Source: Centroscyllium fabricii (taxonomy: Eukaryota). Taken from it: DNA of 64,000 nucleotides. Made by a program: the position numbers and the translations under genes. Numbering within the stretch: position 1 is the first letter of the stretch; every line of letters begins with the position of its first letter. Positions 1-11,880 of this stretch are shown one piece after another. Below the pieces are notes generated by a model that saw only the letters and a list, made by a program, of their open reading frames with translations, made no database searches and had not been told where the DNA came from. The stretch spans positions 34,410,001-34,474,000 of the forward strand of contig JBNRSN020000014.1 in assembly GCA_051313645.2 (NCBI GenBank), written 5' to 3'.

Positions 1-1105
1 CGATGCAGATCACGGTGTGCAAGTGTGTGTGTGATTCTGCGTAACATGGGGAGAAAGGAATTGTGACTGAACTCGTAAAGGGGTGGCACTTGTATTGATC
101 GAGTGTGCTGCAGACAGTTCATGGGATTGTCTCCCTGTTCCAGTGCTGATATTAAGCTGCCTCTGGTTCACGTACTGTCTTTGGGCTAGCTGCACATGAG
201 CTCCTTGCTAAGGCCATCAGGTTTCAGGTGTGAAATTTCATACTGCTTAATGGTCAAATCAGCATTTTGAACCCAGGCATTAAGCTTCATGTAATAGCTC
301 CAGTCTCCATACTGAAATATTGCTGTGACTCTGCGCTGTAGACCCTAGTCTGTGCAGAGTGTGTGGATTTCCCCACCCCGCCAGATTAGGGAGGGGGGAA
401 TTTCCCGTCTGTTCTTGCTTAAAGCGGCCTGTGTGGGGTTATGGCTGAAGACAGGATCAGACTTGGCGGTGGTATTTAAGAGAGCTCATGGTGATTGGCC
501 ATTTGAGCAAGGTGCCTGTGGGACCTGAGGCCAGGGAGAGCTGGTGCTGTTGGGAGAGGCGGGGAGAAAATTGCTGCGTGCGTGGTGCTATTTAACCTGT
601 CTCATCCACTGACTTTTTAAAACCTATATAACAAAGGGTTGCAGTGTTTCAATGTGGCAAGAGGAAATGAAAGGTCTGTTCTAATTATACTCTGCGACAT
701 CAACATTGTGGAAAAGATCCACTCCAGAAGGTTTCTGATCAGTTTGATTTGGTTTTAAATGCTGCAGCTGGGAATTCAAAATGTGAAGTAGATTTTTTTT
801 TTGTTGGCTACCATTTACTATTGTGGTATTTACAAGGTGCAGACTTGGGATGGGTTTCAGTGAACCCGAGACTAATTGTATCCTAGATGCTCTTTCCCCC
901 CCCCCCCCCCCCCCCCCCAAATCTAGTCCACAATATGTTCCCTGACTAGTATTGTGGCAGGAGGTACTTTGGACCACTGGCTGTCAGGATATTGAAGCAC
1001 TCCAGAGTACGGAGATCTGGTCAGAAATAAACCCTTGGAAATGGTCACATTAAATTGGAAGGAGACCTTATAGGTAGGGGATGATGAGCAAGTATTGTCC
1101 TGTTC

Positions 1106-1136
<31 letters not shown>

Positions 1137-2121
1137 TATTTTTACTGAACTTAAATTAAAGGCCAAGGCCCATAATGCAGGACATGATGAGCTTGTGAAG
1201 AGTAAAGGAGGAGACCAGCTCTCTACCTTGTGTGCTAGCAGTACCCCAGCTGGGTGTTGGCGTAATGCTGGGATTGTGATGCAGCTAATCTTCATGCAGT
1301 GGTGCCTGGTGGGAAGGGAGGTGTTTGATTGGTGGGATCGAGAATTACTCTGTTGCCGTAGCTAGTGTATGCTAATGAGGAAGGTAGACCGAGCAGAGTC
1401 CCAAATTCCGGCTGTCATTCAAGGCAGCAATGACCCAAAGCTGGGTGGCTATTGGGGGGTGTAAGGTGGCATCTGGGGAATGATTTTTCGCATGTTCTAC
1501 CTGATGGATTACTGGTAGACCAGAGCTCTGAGTATCAACCACATGTGATATGAGCTGATTTCATTAGATGTGGAATGTTGAACGTGTTGTCCTGTCAACA
1601 ATTGAACTGCCAGGTTGTGTGACCTTGCACCTGAATGCCTTTTTAAAGAAGCACTACTGTGAAACCTCACTGCAGCAGGACAGACTTACCATGAGGAAAG
1701 TTGGGTATGGTGTCGTGCTTCTGAGGGACTGTAATGTCCAGTTTTAGAATAGTTAGGTTCTGTGCGCAGAAGTACCTAATTGAGACTGGGTGAAATGAAC
1801 CGGCTGTGGCCAGGATAGTTGGTCCTAATATCCTTATTAGTTGGTGATTTATTTGTTTGCATGCCGTCCCGCTTGTTCGGTTACGTGTCGGCAGGTATTC
1901 AGTGAATCACTGGGTGAATACATGTGTCTGTTGGTAGCTACATCATTGCCTCTGCTTCAGGACTCCCTATTGATTTGATGTGCACTGCCACTGCCTGGGT
2001 TTAAACTACACTTAAATCACATCTATTTAGAAATGCAAGTTCCTCCAACTTGCTCCTACAGTGTCTCTAAATCTCTCGTTGCTGTCACTGTTTTCTTGTG
2101 TTATGGTTCATGCACTGGTTT

Positions 2122-2135
2122 GTTGCCATGGTGAT
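2122..2135. promoter_or_regulatory. RFX X-box-like motif in RAB11FIP3 intron
   Basis: GTTGCCATGGTGAT, 55 bp upstream of the 2191 acceptor. Fits the RTHNYYWTRRNRAC consensus on the - strand. Confidence 0.5.
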
Positions 2136-2190
2136 CTTAGACTTTGGAACACAAAGTTTAGTGTACTAACATGCCATCTTCCATTTTCAG

Positions 2191-2402
2191 ACTAACGAGG
2201 TGACAGACAGCGCTTACATGGGCTCGGAGAGCACCTACAGTGAGTGTGAGACATTCACAGACGAGGACACTGGCACACTGGTTCACCATGGAACACCGGA
2301 TGAGTTAGAGACTGACAGCGCTATTGATGCCACGCTGAACTCTGAGTTCACAGATACACTTGAAGAACCAGAAAATAGTGTCCTGTTTAATGGGGAAATT
2401 AA
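2191..2402 (+). CDS. RAB11FIP3: RAB11FIP3 internal coding exon (first in window; upstream exons lie outside)
   Basis: ttttcag|ACT...AA|gtaagt. Encodes TNEVTDSAYMGSESTYSECETFTDEDT..., the conserved FIP3 motif. Confidence 0.95.
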
Positions 2403-3419
2403 GTAAGTTCTGTTGTTGGATAACTTGGGACCTGTCCCCATAACTCTAACAGGGGGCTCTCTCTGCTTCTGTTGGACAACACCAACTGGCTGTTGTGCTC
2501 AATTAGCACCATAATATACCTTGTCTCTGGCACCGAATGTTCTGAATCTAGCACAGACTAAAGGGATGGAAGTCCTCACGCTACTGGTTATAGAAACAGT
2601 ACAGGCTTGGTGCAATCTGTTCTGTGGGTATGAATGAACACCACATTGCCCATGATCTGTGTGTCTGTCTGTGCCACTTCATACACTCTCCCTCCATGTC
2701 TTGACCTATTGAAGGGTGTGTTGATTTTAAATCCGATACTGAACTGAATCCCATGTTGGATGCAGTGCACCAGTAACTCGGCAAATTCCACTTACTTTTG
2801 CTGGGGACAAAAGGAATATTGTCAGCACAGGCTGCCTAATTGGGCGGCGCCAAGCACCCACTTATCTTTTGAACATTCCACCCAAAATAAAGGTTGGTTT
2901 AATCCAACTCTTACTTTAATACAGCCAGCAGAGAGGACTCATTAAATGTACGGGTGATTCAGAAACTGAATAGAATCTTTCTAAAAGCATTCAGGTTGAG
3001 TGGAATTGAGCAAATAAACTCTCCATGCAGTAGGGTGGGATCTGCTGTCCGCTGTGCTGCAACAGGCAGAGTGAGGAGAGACCGCTGCCTGATTGGGCAG
3101 GAGGGGATGGCTGTTCAGTCACCAAAGGGTGATTTAAAATGAGTGAAGCCTCTGGCAGTTGTACACCGGACACTGTGGCACTGTACGCACGAGTTTCACT
3201 AGTGTTGAATATTCCAATGGGTTTTCAGGAAAGATCAGGCTAAAATCTGTCCCAGAATGGCTTTGCTCTCCAGCAGCCACTGGAGCCTGAAGCAGTGTAG
3301 CAGCTAAAGCAAAGGGACCAGTGCGCCTGTCCAGGATTGGTCATGTACGCCCCTGTTTATTGGGGGTGGGTAGGTGCTTGCGTTACTGCCGACAGTGAAA
3401 GGGAAGCTTAACTTTTATC

Positions 3420-4532
3420 CATGGGGGCAGGGTATTGACGTGGATAGAGAACTGGTTGGCAGATAGAGTTGGGATAAACGGGTCGTTTTCTGATTGGCGG
3501 GCAGTAACTAGTGGGGTACCGCAGGGGTGTGTACTGGGACCCCAGCTGTTCACAATATATATTAATGACCTGGATGAGGGAATTGGATGTAACCTCTCCA
3601 AATTCGCAGACGCCACTAAGCTTGGAGGGGGCGTATGCTCTGAGGAGGATGTCGGGAAGCTCCAGTGCGATTTGGACAGATTGGGGGATTGGGCGAATAC
3701 ATGGCAAATGCACTATAATGTGGATAAATGTGAGGTTATCCACTTTGGCAGCAAAAACAGGAAGGCAGATTATTATTTGAACGGCAGTAGATTGGGAGAT
3801 GGGGAAGTGCAAAGAGATCTGGGTGTTCTTGTGCACCAGTCACTGAAGGTGAGCATGCAGGTGCAGCAGGCGGTTAAAAAGGCAAATGGTATGTTGGCCT
3901 TTATATCAAGAGGGTTTGAGTATAGGAATAGGGATGTCTTGCTGCAGCTGTACAGGGCGTTGGTGAGGCCACACCTTGAGTATTGTGTGCAGTTTTGGTC
4001 GCCTCATCTGAGGAAAGATGTTCTTGCCATGGAGGGAGTGCAGCGACGATTCACCAGGCTGATACCTGGGATGGCAGGAATGACTTATGAGGAGAGATTG
4101 TGTAGGCTGGGCTTATACTCGCTGGTGTGTAGAAGATTAAGAGGAGATCTCATCGAGACTTATAAAATTCTGTCAGGCCTGGACAGGTTAGATGCAGAAA
4201 GGATGTTCCCGATGGCGGGGGAGTCGAGAACCAGGGGGCATAGTCTAAGGATAAGGGGTAAGCCATTTGGGACTGAGATGAGGAGGAAATTCTTCAGAGC
4301 GTGGTGAACCTGTGGAATTCTTTGCCACAGAGGGCGGTGGAGGCCGGTTCATTGAATATATTCAAGAGGGAACTGGATATATTTCTTCAGGCTAAAGGGA
4401 TTAAGGGATATGGGGAGAAGGCAGGGACGGGGTACTGAACTTGTAAGATCAGCCATGATCTCGTTGAATGGCGGAGCAGGCTCGAAGGGCCAAATGGCCT
4501 ACTCCTGCTCCTATCTTCTATGTTTCTATGTT
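3420..4532 (+). mobile_element. CR1 (HER1-like) LINE, 5'-truncated
   Basis: Open 290-aa RT C-terminus ([31 protein letters not shown]). 3' UTR ends in (ctatgttt)n. Confidence 0.93.
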
Positions 4533-4739
4533 TATCAAGCCCAGTTTGTCGCATGGTTCTTCTCATTACGAGGTTTAACAAGAAGTAATAATGTGAAAAG
4601 TCGCTTTGTCTGCTTGCACACATTGTACAACGCACAGGCTATAAAAAAACAGAACATCCTGTAACCAAAACTAATAACTAACTCACTTCCAGAGCTGGTA
4701 ATGTATTCCCTTCGACAGAGGTAAACCACAGGTTTGTAG

Positions 4740-5830
4740 AGAACATAAGAAATAGGAGCATGAAGTAAGATCACGGCTGATCTCCCTCATCTCCACTTTC
4801 CTGCACTATCCCCATATCCCTTGATTCCCTTAATATTCAAAAATCTATCGATCTCTGTCTTGAATATACTCAATGACTGAACCTCCACAGTCCTCTGAGG
4901 CAGAGAATTCCAAAGATTCACCACCCTCTGAGTGAAGAAATTTCTCATCTCAGTCTTAAATGGCCGACCCCTTATTCTGAGACTGTGACCCCCTGGTTCT
5001 AGACTTCCCAGCCAGGGGAAACATCCTCCCTGCATCTACCCTGTCAAGTCCTGTAAGAATGTTGTATGTTTCAATGAGATCACCTCTCATTCTTCTAAAC
5101 TCCAGAGAATATAGGCCTAGTCTACTCAATCTCTCCTCATAGGACAATCCCCCCACCCCAGGAACCAGTCTGGTGAACCTTCATTGCACTCCCTCGATGG
5201 CAAGTATATCCTTCCTTAGGTAAGGAGACCAAAACTGTACACAATACTCCAGGTGTGGTCTCACCAGGGCCCTATAATTGCAGTAAGACGCCTTTACTCT
5301 TGTACTCAAATCCTCTTGTAATAAAGGCCAACATACCATTTGCTTTCCTAATTACTTGCTGTATCTGCATGTTAACTTTCAGGTGATTTGTGTACAAGGA
5401 CACCCAGGTCCCTCTGAACACCAACATTTCCCAATCTCTCACCTTGTGGACGTGAGGCTTGGTTCAGATCGGCCATGTGATGATCTGGACCAGTTTTCGA
5501 TCGCCTCGATGGGTCAGAGAGGAATTTCCCAGATTTTTTCTCCCAAATTGGCCACTGGGTTTTTTATCTGGTTTTTCGCCTCACGGGTGATCACATGGGT
5601 TCAGGCGGGATGGAGAGTAAAAGTAAAATTGAGGTTAGGATCAGATCAGCCATGATCTTGTTGAATGGCGGAGCAGGCTTGAGGGGCCGATTGGCCTACT
5701 CCTGCTATTTTTTAATGTTATTTTAAAAATACTCTCTTTTTTTTTTTCTACTGCACATTATATTCCATTTGCCAGGTTCTTGCCCACTCATTTAGCCTGT
5801 TTAGATCCCCTTGAAGACCCCTTGCATTAT
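4740..5830 (-). mobile_element. CR1 LINE fragment, interrupted by a + strand CR1-type 3' UTR piece at ~5445-5710
   Basis: ORF remnants EERLSRLGLYSLEFRRMRGDLIE and FFTQRVVNLWNSLP. The inserted piece recurs at 16330-16600. Confidence 0.85.
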
Positions 5831-6009
5831 ACACTCAGTATAATGCATTTAGTACTTGGGTACCTTCCTCTGATAGTTTGATTTTAGTATAGTCAGGCCT
5901 CTCCTTCCCATCTCTGCATTATCCATTCTCCAACACTGGAGCTTTTGGTGGTCTACCTGATGGTTGTTTACTGCTGTGAAGAATCCCTGAACCCCCCTCT
6001 GACTGTAGT

Positions 6010-6780
6010 TTGGTTCAACTTGCAGACTGGCTAGTTAAGTGGCATGTGGACTTTAACATAGATACATGTGCGGTGATGCACTTTGTTAGAAAAAACCAAA
6101 CATTAGCAAATAAGAAACTGAATGAGGTAGAAAGGGATTTAGGGATACAGGTGAACAAATCATTAAAAGCAGCATCGTAGGTCAGCAAAGCAATTAAAAA
6201 TGGTGGTAAAGCACTGGGATTTATTTCATGGGGTATAGAATTCAAAAGTAGTGAAGTTATCTTAAACTACTATAAAAGGGACAGAAGCACTGGAGACGGT
6301 GCAAAAAAGATTTACAAGTATGGTTCGAGAATGGAGAGATTACCGCTACTGGAGAAAGATTGCACAAGTTGAGGCTTTAACTTGGAGGAGACCTGATAGA
6401 GGCCTTTAAAATTATGAGTGGGTTGAACAGGGTAGATGTGGAGAGAATGTTTCCACTTGTGGGAGAATCCAAAACCAACGGCCATAAATACAAGATAATT
6501 ACAAATAAATCCAGTAGGGAAATGAGGAGAAATTTCTTTACTCTGAGTGTGGTTAGAATCTGGAACTCGCTACCACAGGAAGTGGTTGAGGCAAATAGCG
6601 TCGATGCTTTCAAAAGGAAATTTAGATGAGTACACGAGAGAAAAGGGAATAGAAAGATGTGCTGAAAGGCTGAGATGAGATCAATGAAATGGCAGGAGAC
6701 TCGGACTCTAAACACCAGCACAGCTGGTTGGGCTGAATGGCTTGTTTCTGTGCTGTATGTTCGAAGTAATTCTATATAAC
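6010..6780 (+). mobile_element. Degenerate CR1 LINE 3' fragment
   Basis: Remnant VERMFPLVGESKTNGHKYKI...VVRIWNSLPQEVVEA. Confidence 0.85.
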
Positions 6781-6804
6781 AGAGGCTTGTTATGACAGTG
6801 CAGA

Positions 6805-7060
6805 AGCCAGTTAAGAGTCAACCATGTTGATGTGGGTCTGGAGTCACCTGTAGGCCAGACCGAGTCAGCACAGCAGCTTTCCTTCCCTAAAGGACATTCG
6901 TGCACTTTTTAAAATTATTTTTTTTACCACAATCTGACCGCTTCATGGTCGCTCTTATTGATGCCAGTTTTAATTTTTTTTATTTCCAAATTTAAAAAAA
7001 ATAATCATTCTTGAACTGTCCTGGTGGAATTTGAACTAGTCCAGTAACCTAAGCACTACC
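6805..7060 (-). mobile_element. tRNA-derived SINE fragment (same family as 51836-52320)
   Basis: Shares ttaagagtcaacca...gtgggtctggagtcac.tgtaggccagacc with the 52030 copy. Confidence 0.75.
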
Positions 7061-7087
7061 ATAGCCCAGATGCTTCATGATGATGTT

Positions 7088-7397
7088 GGGCGGCACAGTG
7101 GCATAGTGGTTCGCACTGTTACCTCACAACGCTAGGGGCCTGGGTTCAAATCCGGCCTCGGGTGACTATCTGTGTGGAGTTTGCACATTTTCCCTGTGTC
7201 TGCGTGGGTTTCCTCCGGGTGCTCCGGTTTCCTCCCACAGTCCAAAGATGTGCGGGTTAAGTTGATTGGCCATGATAAATTGACCCTTCGTGTTAGGGGG
7301 ATTAAATATGTGGGGTTACGGGGATAGGGTGGGATATGTGTCCCTGCAGGCTCGATAGGCTGAAATGGCCTCTATCTGCACTGTAGGGATTCTATGA
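7088..7397 (+). mobile_element. HE1-type V-SINE
   Basis: tRNA head gggcggcacagtggcatagtgg with B box gggttcaaatcc. V domain gtgggtttcctccgggtgctccggtttcctcccaca. Confidence 0.9.
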
Positions 7398-7502
7398 TGT
7401 GCTTGAAGCTGGCCTGAAGATGTTGGTCTGCCAGTTTGGGGGGTTGAACAAGTGAATATCTCCAATATTCCTCGTCCTGTGAAGTTCAGTCTTCATGTAA
7501 AA

Positions 7503-7791
7503 ATAATAATAATAATAATTCAACTTTATTGTCATTATACAATGTACAAGTACATGAACAACGAAATGTGATCTTGCAAGCTCCCAAGAGTCCAGCAAAG
7601 CCGCTGCGTCTGTGTGCGCCGCCATTCCATCTTTCCATCATTCCGACAATCTTCAGCCAACCGCCCCTCCCTGGGGCTCCTTTCGTGACCTTCTGCACCT
7701 GGTATTCCCTGGTGGTCACCCATCCAAGTACTGAACGAGCTGACAGCCAGCCTGCCACGCCCTCCCTCCTCTCTCCTGGTATGGCTCTGCT
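7503..7791 (-). mobile_element. 5S rRNA-headed SINE with Rex1-like leader and tail
   Basis: On the - strand: gccatacca (5S 5' end), then agtacttggatgggtgaccaccagggaataccaggtgc (5S internal/C-box region), then ggaatggcggcg..., gggagcttgcaa...gacaataaa and (tta)n. Confidence 0.75.
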
Positions 7792-8080
7792 GGGTGATGC
7801 TGATTCATTGCTTCGGTTCCGAGACCTTTTACTGTTGGTCCAAATGCAATAACTTTTATATGTAAGCCAGTGAAGATCATGTGTCCTTGGATTCAGTTTT
7901 CTCTAGCACAGTGCCCAGAAAGTGATATTGAATGTATAAGTGACCGCATCGTGCAGGAACCACCAAGTGGATAGGTAACACAACTTTTTTTAAAGGGTGT
8001 AAAAAGTTTTAAATGTTCTTGCTACTTGATATCTCTCTCTCTCTCTCTCTCTCTCTCCCTGGTGTATATCCTGTTGCTAG

Positions 8081-8254
8081 GACCCATCAACATAGCCTCT
8101 CGATGAGCTCCAACATTTCTCTCCTTAGCACCGAGGAACACTTTGAAGATTACGGAGAGAGTAATGAAATTGACTTTGCATCCAGCAGTCTCTGTCAGGA
8201 CGGAGGCACAAGTATCAATGGTCACTTCAATCGCTCGTCGCTGCTCTCTCCCAG
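8081..8254 (+). CDS. RAB11FIP3: RAB11FIP3 coding exon
   Basis: gctag|G...AG|gtaagg, phase 2-2. Encodes ...EEHFEDYGE..., conserved in FIP3/FIP4. Confidence 0.92.
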
Positions 8255-8738
8255 GTAAGGTCATCACTGGTGAATATTGGCAGGTCTCGATGCTGGGGAA
8301 AGGACCCGATCATCGAGAAACCTGAACTTGCAGTCACCTCATCCCCACCGTCCAGTTAGCTCAACGCTGACCTGTGAAAACCTTATTGTTCCTGATGCTG
8401 GAGATCAATTTCATGAGAATGTGGTCTGTGTGACAGAGTCTGGTCTCTGATAGCTGTCAGCCACAGAGAGATGGCTTGCTTTCTTGAAATTGTCTTCCTG
8501 GTGCAGAATTGGATGTGTTTCTAAAGGAAAATGTTGCAAAGTTCTTTTGCTGGGGCCAGAAAGTAGGGGAAAAATGTGCATCTGTATCCTGTAAACACTC
8601 CCCTCAGGACTGCAACGAATTGCACGTTTCTTCTGAAAACCTTTACTGTGTAACATCTGCAATCCAATCACTTTCTGAATTGTGTCCTTATGATCAATAA
8701 TTTCTCTAATCTTCCAATTGACACTTCTGATTTTCCAG

Positions 8739-8870
8739 TGATCATTTCACTTCAACTTTGCAAAGTGTCATTGGGGAAGAGATGCTGGAGTTTTACTGCA
8801 CCCAATGTCATAAGCAAATCAATCGCCTGGAAGATTTATCTGCCCGCATCAACAGTCTTGAAATGAATAG
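8739..8870 (+). CDS. RAB11FIP3: RAB11FIP3 132-nt cassette-type exon (CxxC), absent from ORF track
   Basis: ttttccag|T...AG|gtaact, phase 2-2. Encodes DHFTSTLQSVIGEEMLEFYCTQCHKQINRLEDLSARINSLEMN, matching the FIP3 alternative segment FYCSQCHKQINRLEDLSARL. Confidence 0.9.
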
Positions 8871-10974
8871 GTAACTGCATGATTCTGCCTGGCTTATGAT
8901 TGGGCTTTTTCCTTGTGATTTGTGTGTATCGCTTTTGTTGTTGCTTAGGCAAAGTTTCACTGTACAGGCTTGAGCTTGAAATGGAAACTCTCGAAGCAGC
9001 ATGTCAGCTCCAGTAGTTACACTTTCTAAGAACTTGGTGATCGCTTGAAAGCTACGTTGTGTATTTTCCCATTCCAGTTCCCAAAGTCTCTGCGCTGGGT
9101 CTGTGCTGTTCCAGCACATCAGTGTTGGAGTTATACAACTGTTCGAACTCTTTCTTTGTAATACTTTATCGTCTGTATACCAACAGTTAAACACATGCAG
9201 TTTATTTAAACGCTCCGAGTTACATACTCTGGGCCAACACACAGATTACAAAGGACGTTTGCCACAGAAGATGCACACATCAGTAGTTTGTGGTCTCCTT
9301 TCATCCCCAACCTCACGTTACAATTTTGCCACTTTTATATCTTTCCATAACTACATTATTTCACATGATCTTGATGTGTGGTGAAAGCTGGTGCAAAGTT
9401 CAAGAAATTCCTGTTGTTCCAAACGTTTATCTCTATCTGACGTCTGTGGTCCCAAGACTAGCGGACTGCTGTTGAGGGTTAGCAAGGCAGAGAATGTATT
9501 CTTGTGGTTAGTTACAGATAAAATAAGACCCAACTGTGAACAATGTGTGACCTAACCCAGAAAGCACACAGCTTATGACCTCTATACACACATGCCTTGT
9601 ACTGTATGTAGGCTACGGAACGAATATAAAATGGAAGCAAATATGTGATTCTTTTGTGTAAAATGTATTCCCTCACTACTTCTCGATCTGACTCGCTAAT
9701 GCATCGCTCTTGTACAATCTGGCTCTGCTGATGCTGATAATCAGACCCACTGTCCCCTTGGCCGTACAGGTGTGGTGCTTCACACACTCTCCTCGATGTT
9801 TTATTTGGACTCGTACATGTGTGCACAGCACTGATGGCCTGCGTGTAGGCACTGTAAGGGGGGGGGGGGAGGAGGGTTGTGTTTAGGTGGTGTAGGAAGG
9901 GCATTCAAGCAGTTGCCAGTGAAGCCAAATTGTATGTGTGTTTTTGTGACTATTGGGTAACTGAAGACTAGTCAATCTGGGCCACTGGGTGCAGGGAGCG
10001 GGGTGGGTGAGCAGGGCTGAATGGCCACTGGGCACATTACGGATGAGTGGGCATGTTCGTATTGGGAAAGAATCAGGCTAACTTGATTTTAATACATTTT
10101 TCAACTAAAATACCCACACTGAAGGCTGCTTTGTATTGGTAAAGTCTCTGAGCAAACTCGCCCCCTTGTGGGAATGATTGTGAAGTGCTGACACAGGACC
10201 ATTTAATGAACTGTTGAGTGAGCTACTCCATACAGTCAATGCTAGTCTGTGAGCAGTGCAGTTGGAGATGCACACTCAATTTTCTCAAAGCGCACATTAA
10301 AGTCTGATATATTTTGCTGCCCCCCTCCCCTCCCCTTTTTACAGTCTGAATGGGAATTTAAAAAAATAAAACACCCACACGCAACCATTTAAGCTGGATC
10401 GTGGGACTACCTTATCGAGTGTGGAGGTCTTGGCTACTGTCATTGACTCCTGGAGCTATTACTGAAGCTGTAAATATTTTATCTCCAAGCAAGGAGCAGG
10501 ATAGATTGAGGTCCCTGATATGTAACCAATAAATAGAGTAAACCAATAAATAGAGTAAACCAGAACAGGCATCCCAAGTCATAGCTCTGCTGCCCTGGGG
10601 GCCACATTTGCTTTTGAGGTTGTTGCCTTCATGTTCGCCAGCATAGGAATCGGTGAACAAAACAGACTTAAACTGGACCAGATTCAACCGGCGTCTGGTG
10701 TAGTTCCAAAGTGAAGTTTGGTGCAATTCTTGTGTTACATTCAGAAGGAATTGAGCAGTGGGATAAACAAGAAGGGAACACAAGCTTCTTACACCACTGG
10801 TAATCACTGAGGGTTGGTGCTCACATCTATTGGGGGGGGTTCCTGATCTCAAGCTGCTGATGGGGGAGGGTCTTCGGAACCACTGCTCTGCAGGGCTGCT
10901 CTGCTGGAAATGCTGACTGCACCAGCTGGGCTCCTGCCTGACTGCAGCGAAGGTGGTTAAATTCCCACCTCCCT

Positions 10975-11880
10975 TTGATCAAGGTAGCATCTCCGCCCCA
11001 GGACATCGCTGCACGAGTTCCTCGGGGCAGTGTCCTAGGCCCAACCATCTTCAGCTGCTTCATCAATAATCTTCCCTCCATCATAAGGTCAGAGGTGGGG
11101 ATGTTCGCTGATGACTGCGCAGTGTTCAGTGCCATTCGCCACTCCAGATAATGAAGCATGCGGCAAGACCTGGATGACGTTCAGGCTTGGGCTGATAAGT
11201 GGCAAGTAATATTCACCAGGCAATGACCATCTCCAACAAGAGAGTGTAACCACCTCCCCATGACATTCAATGCATTGCCATCATCTAATCCCCCACCATC
11301 ATCCTGGGGGTCACCATTGACCAGAAACTTAACTGGACCAGCCACACACATACTGTGGCTACAAGAGTGGGTCAGAGGCTGGATATTCTGTGGCGAGTGT
11401 CTCACCTCCTGACTCCCCAAAGTCTTTCCACCATCAACAAGGCACAAGTCAGGAGTGTAATGGAATACTCTCCACTTGCCTGGATGAGTGCAGCTCCAAC
11501 AACACTTAAACACTCTCTCCCTTCACCACCGGAGTGCTGTGTATACCGACTACAAGATGCACTGCAGCACTTTACCAAGGCTTCTTTGCCAGCACCTCCC
11601 AAACCCATGACCTCTGTCATGGAAGAGAAGGACAAGGGCAGCAGTGCATAGGAACACCATCACCTCCAAGTCACACCATTCTGACTTGGAAATATATCGC
11701 CATTCCTTTGTCACTGGGTCAAAATCCTGGAACTTCCTCCCGAACAGCACTGTGGGAGAACCTTCACCTCACGGATTGCAGCAGTTCAGGAAGATGGCTC
11801 ACCGCCACCTTCTCGAGGGCAATTGGGGCTGGGCAATGAACGCTGGCCTTGCCAGCCATCCTGTGAATGAATATACAAAA
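10975..11880 (+). mobile_element. Non-LTR retrotransposon (CR1/L2 group) 3' part
   Basis: RT remnant (gttcctcggggcagtgtcctaggccca..., MFADDC, QVRSVMEYSPLAW). Another fragment lies on the - strand at ~16610-17050. Confidence 0.8.

Noticed and set aside
896-1135. Poly-C and poly-A runs giving the G-rich, K-rich and F-rich ORFs
   Set aside because: These are simple homopolymers with no splice signals or retrocopy body.
1635-1650. atgcctttttaaag as a possible alternative FIP3 first exon
   Set aside because: It reads ATG CCT TTT TAA (stop) and has no adjacent GT donor.
3435-4307. 290-aa ORF as a host gene or an active LINE
   Set aside because: It is a 5'-truncated CR1 RT fragment with the catalytic DD changed to DA (FADAT).
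7088-7160. tRNA genes at the SINE heads (also 14185, 17775, 52320, 59727, 61199)
   Set aside because: A and B boxes are present but continue into SINE bodies, with no complete cloverleaf.
7688-7791. Functional 5S rRNA gene
   Set aside because: The middle of the 5S sequence is replaced, there is no oligo-T terminator, and it is fused to a retroposon body.
10523-10562. Short tandem duplications (17 bp here; also ~15181-15222, ~38073-38123, ~38345-38388)
   Set aside because: They look like ordinary slippage duplications with no functional context.
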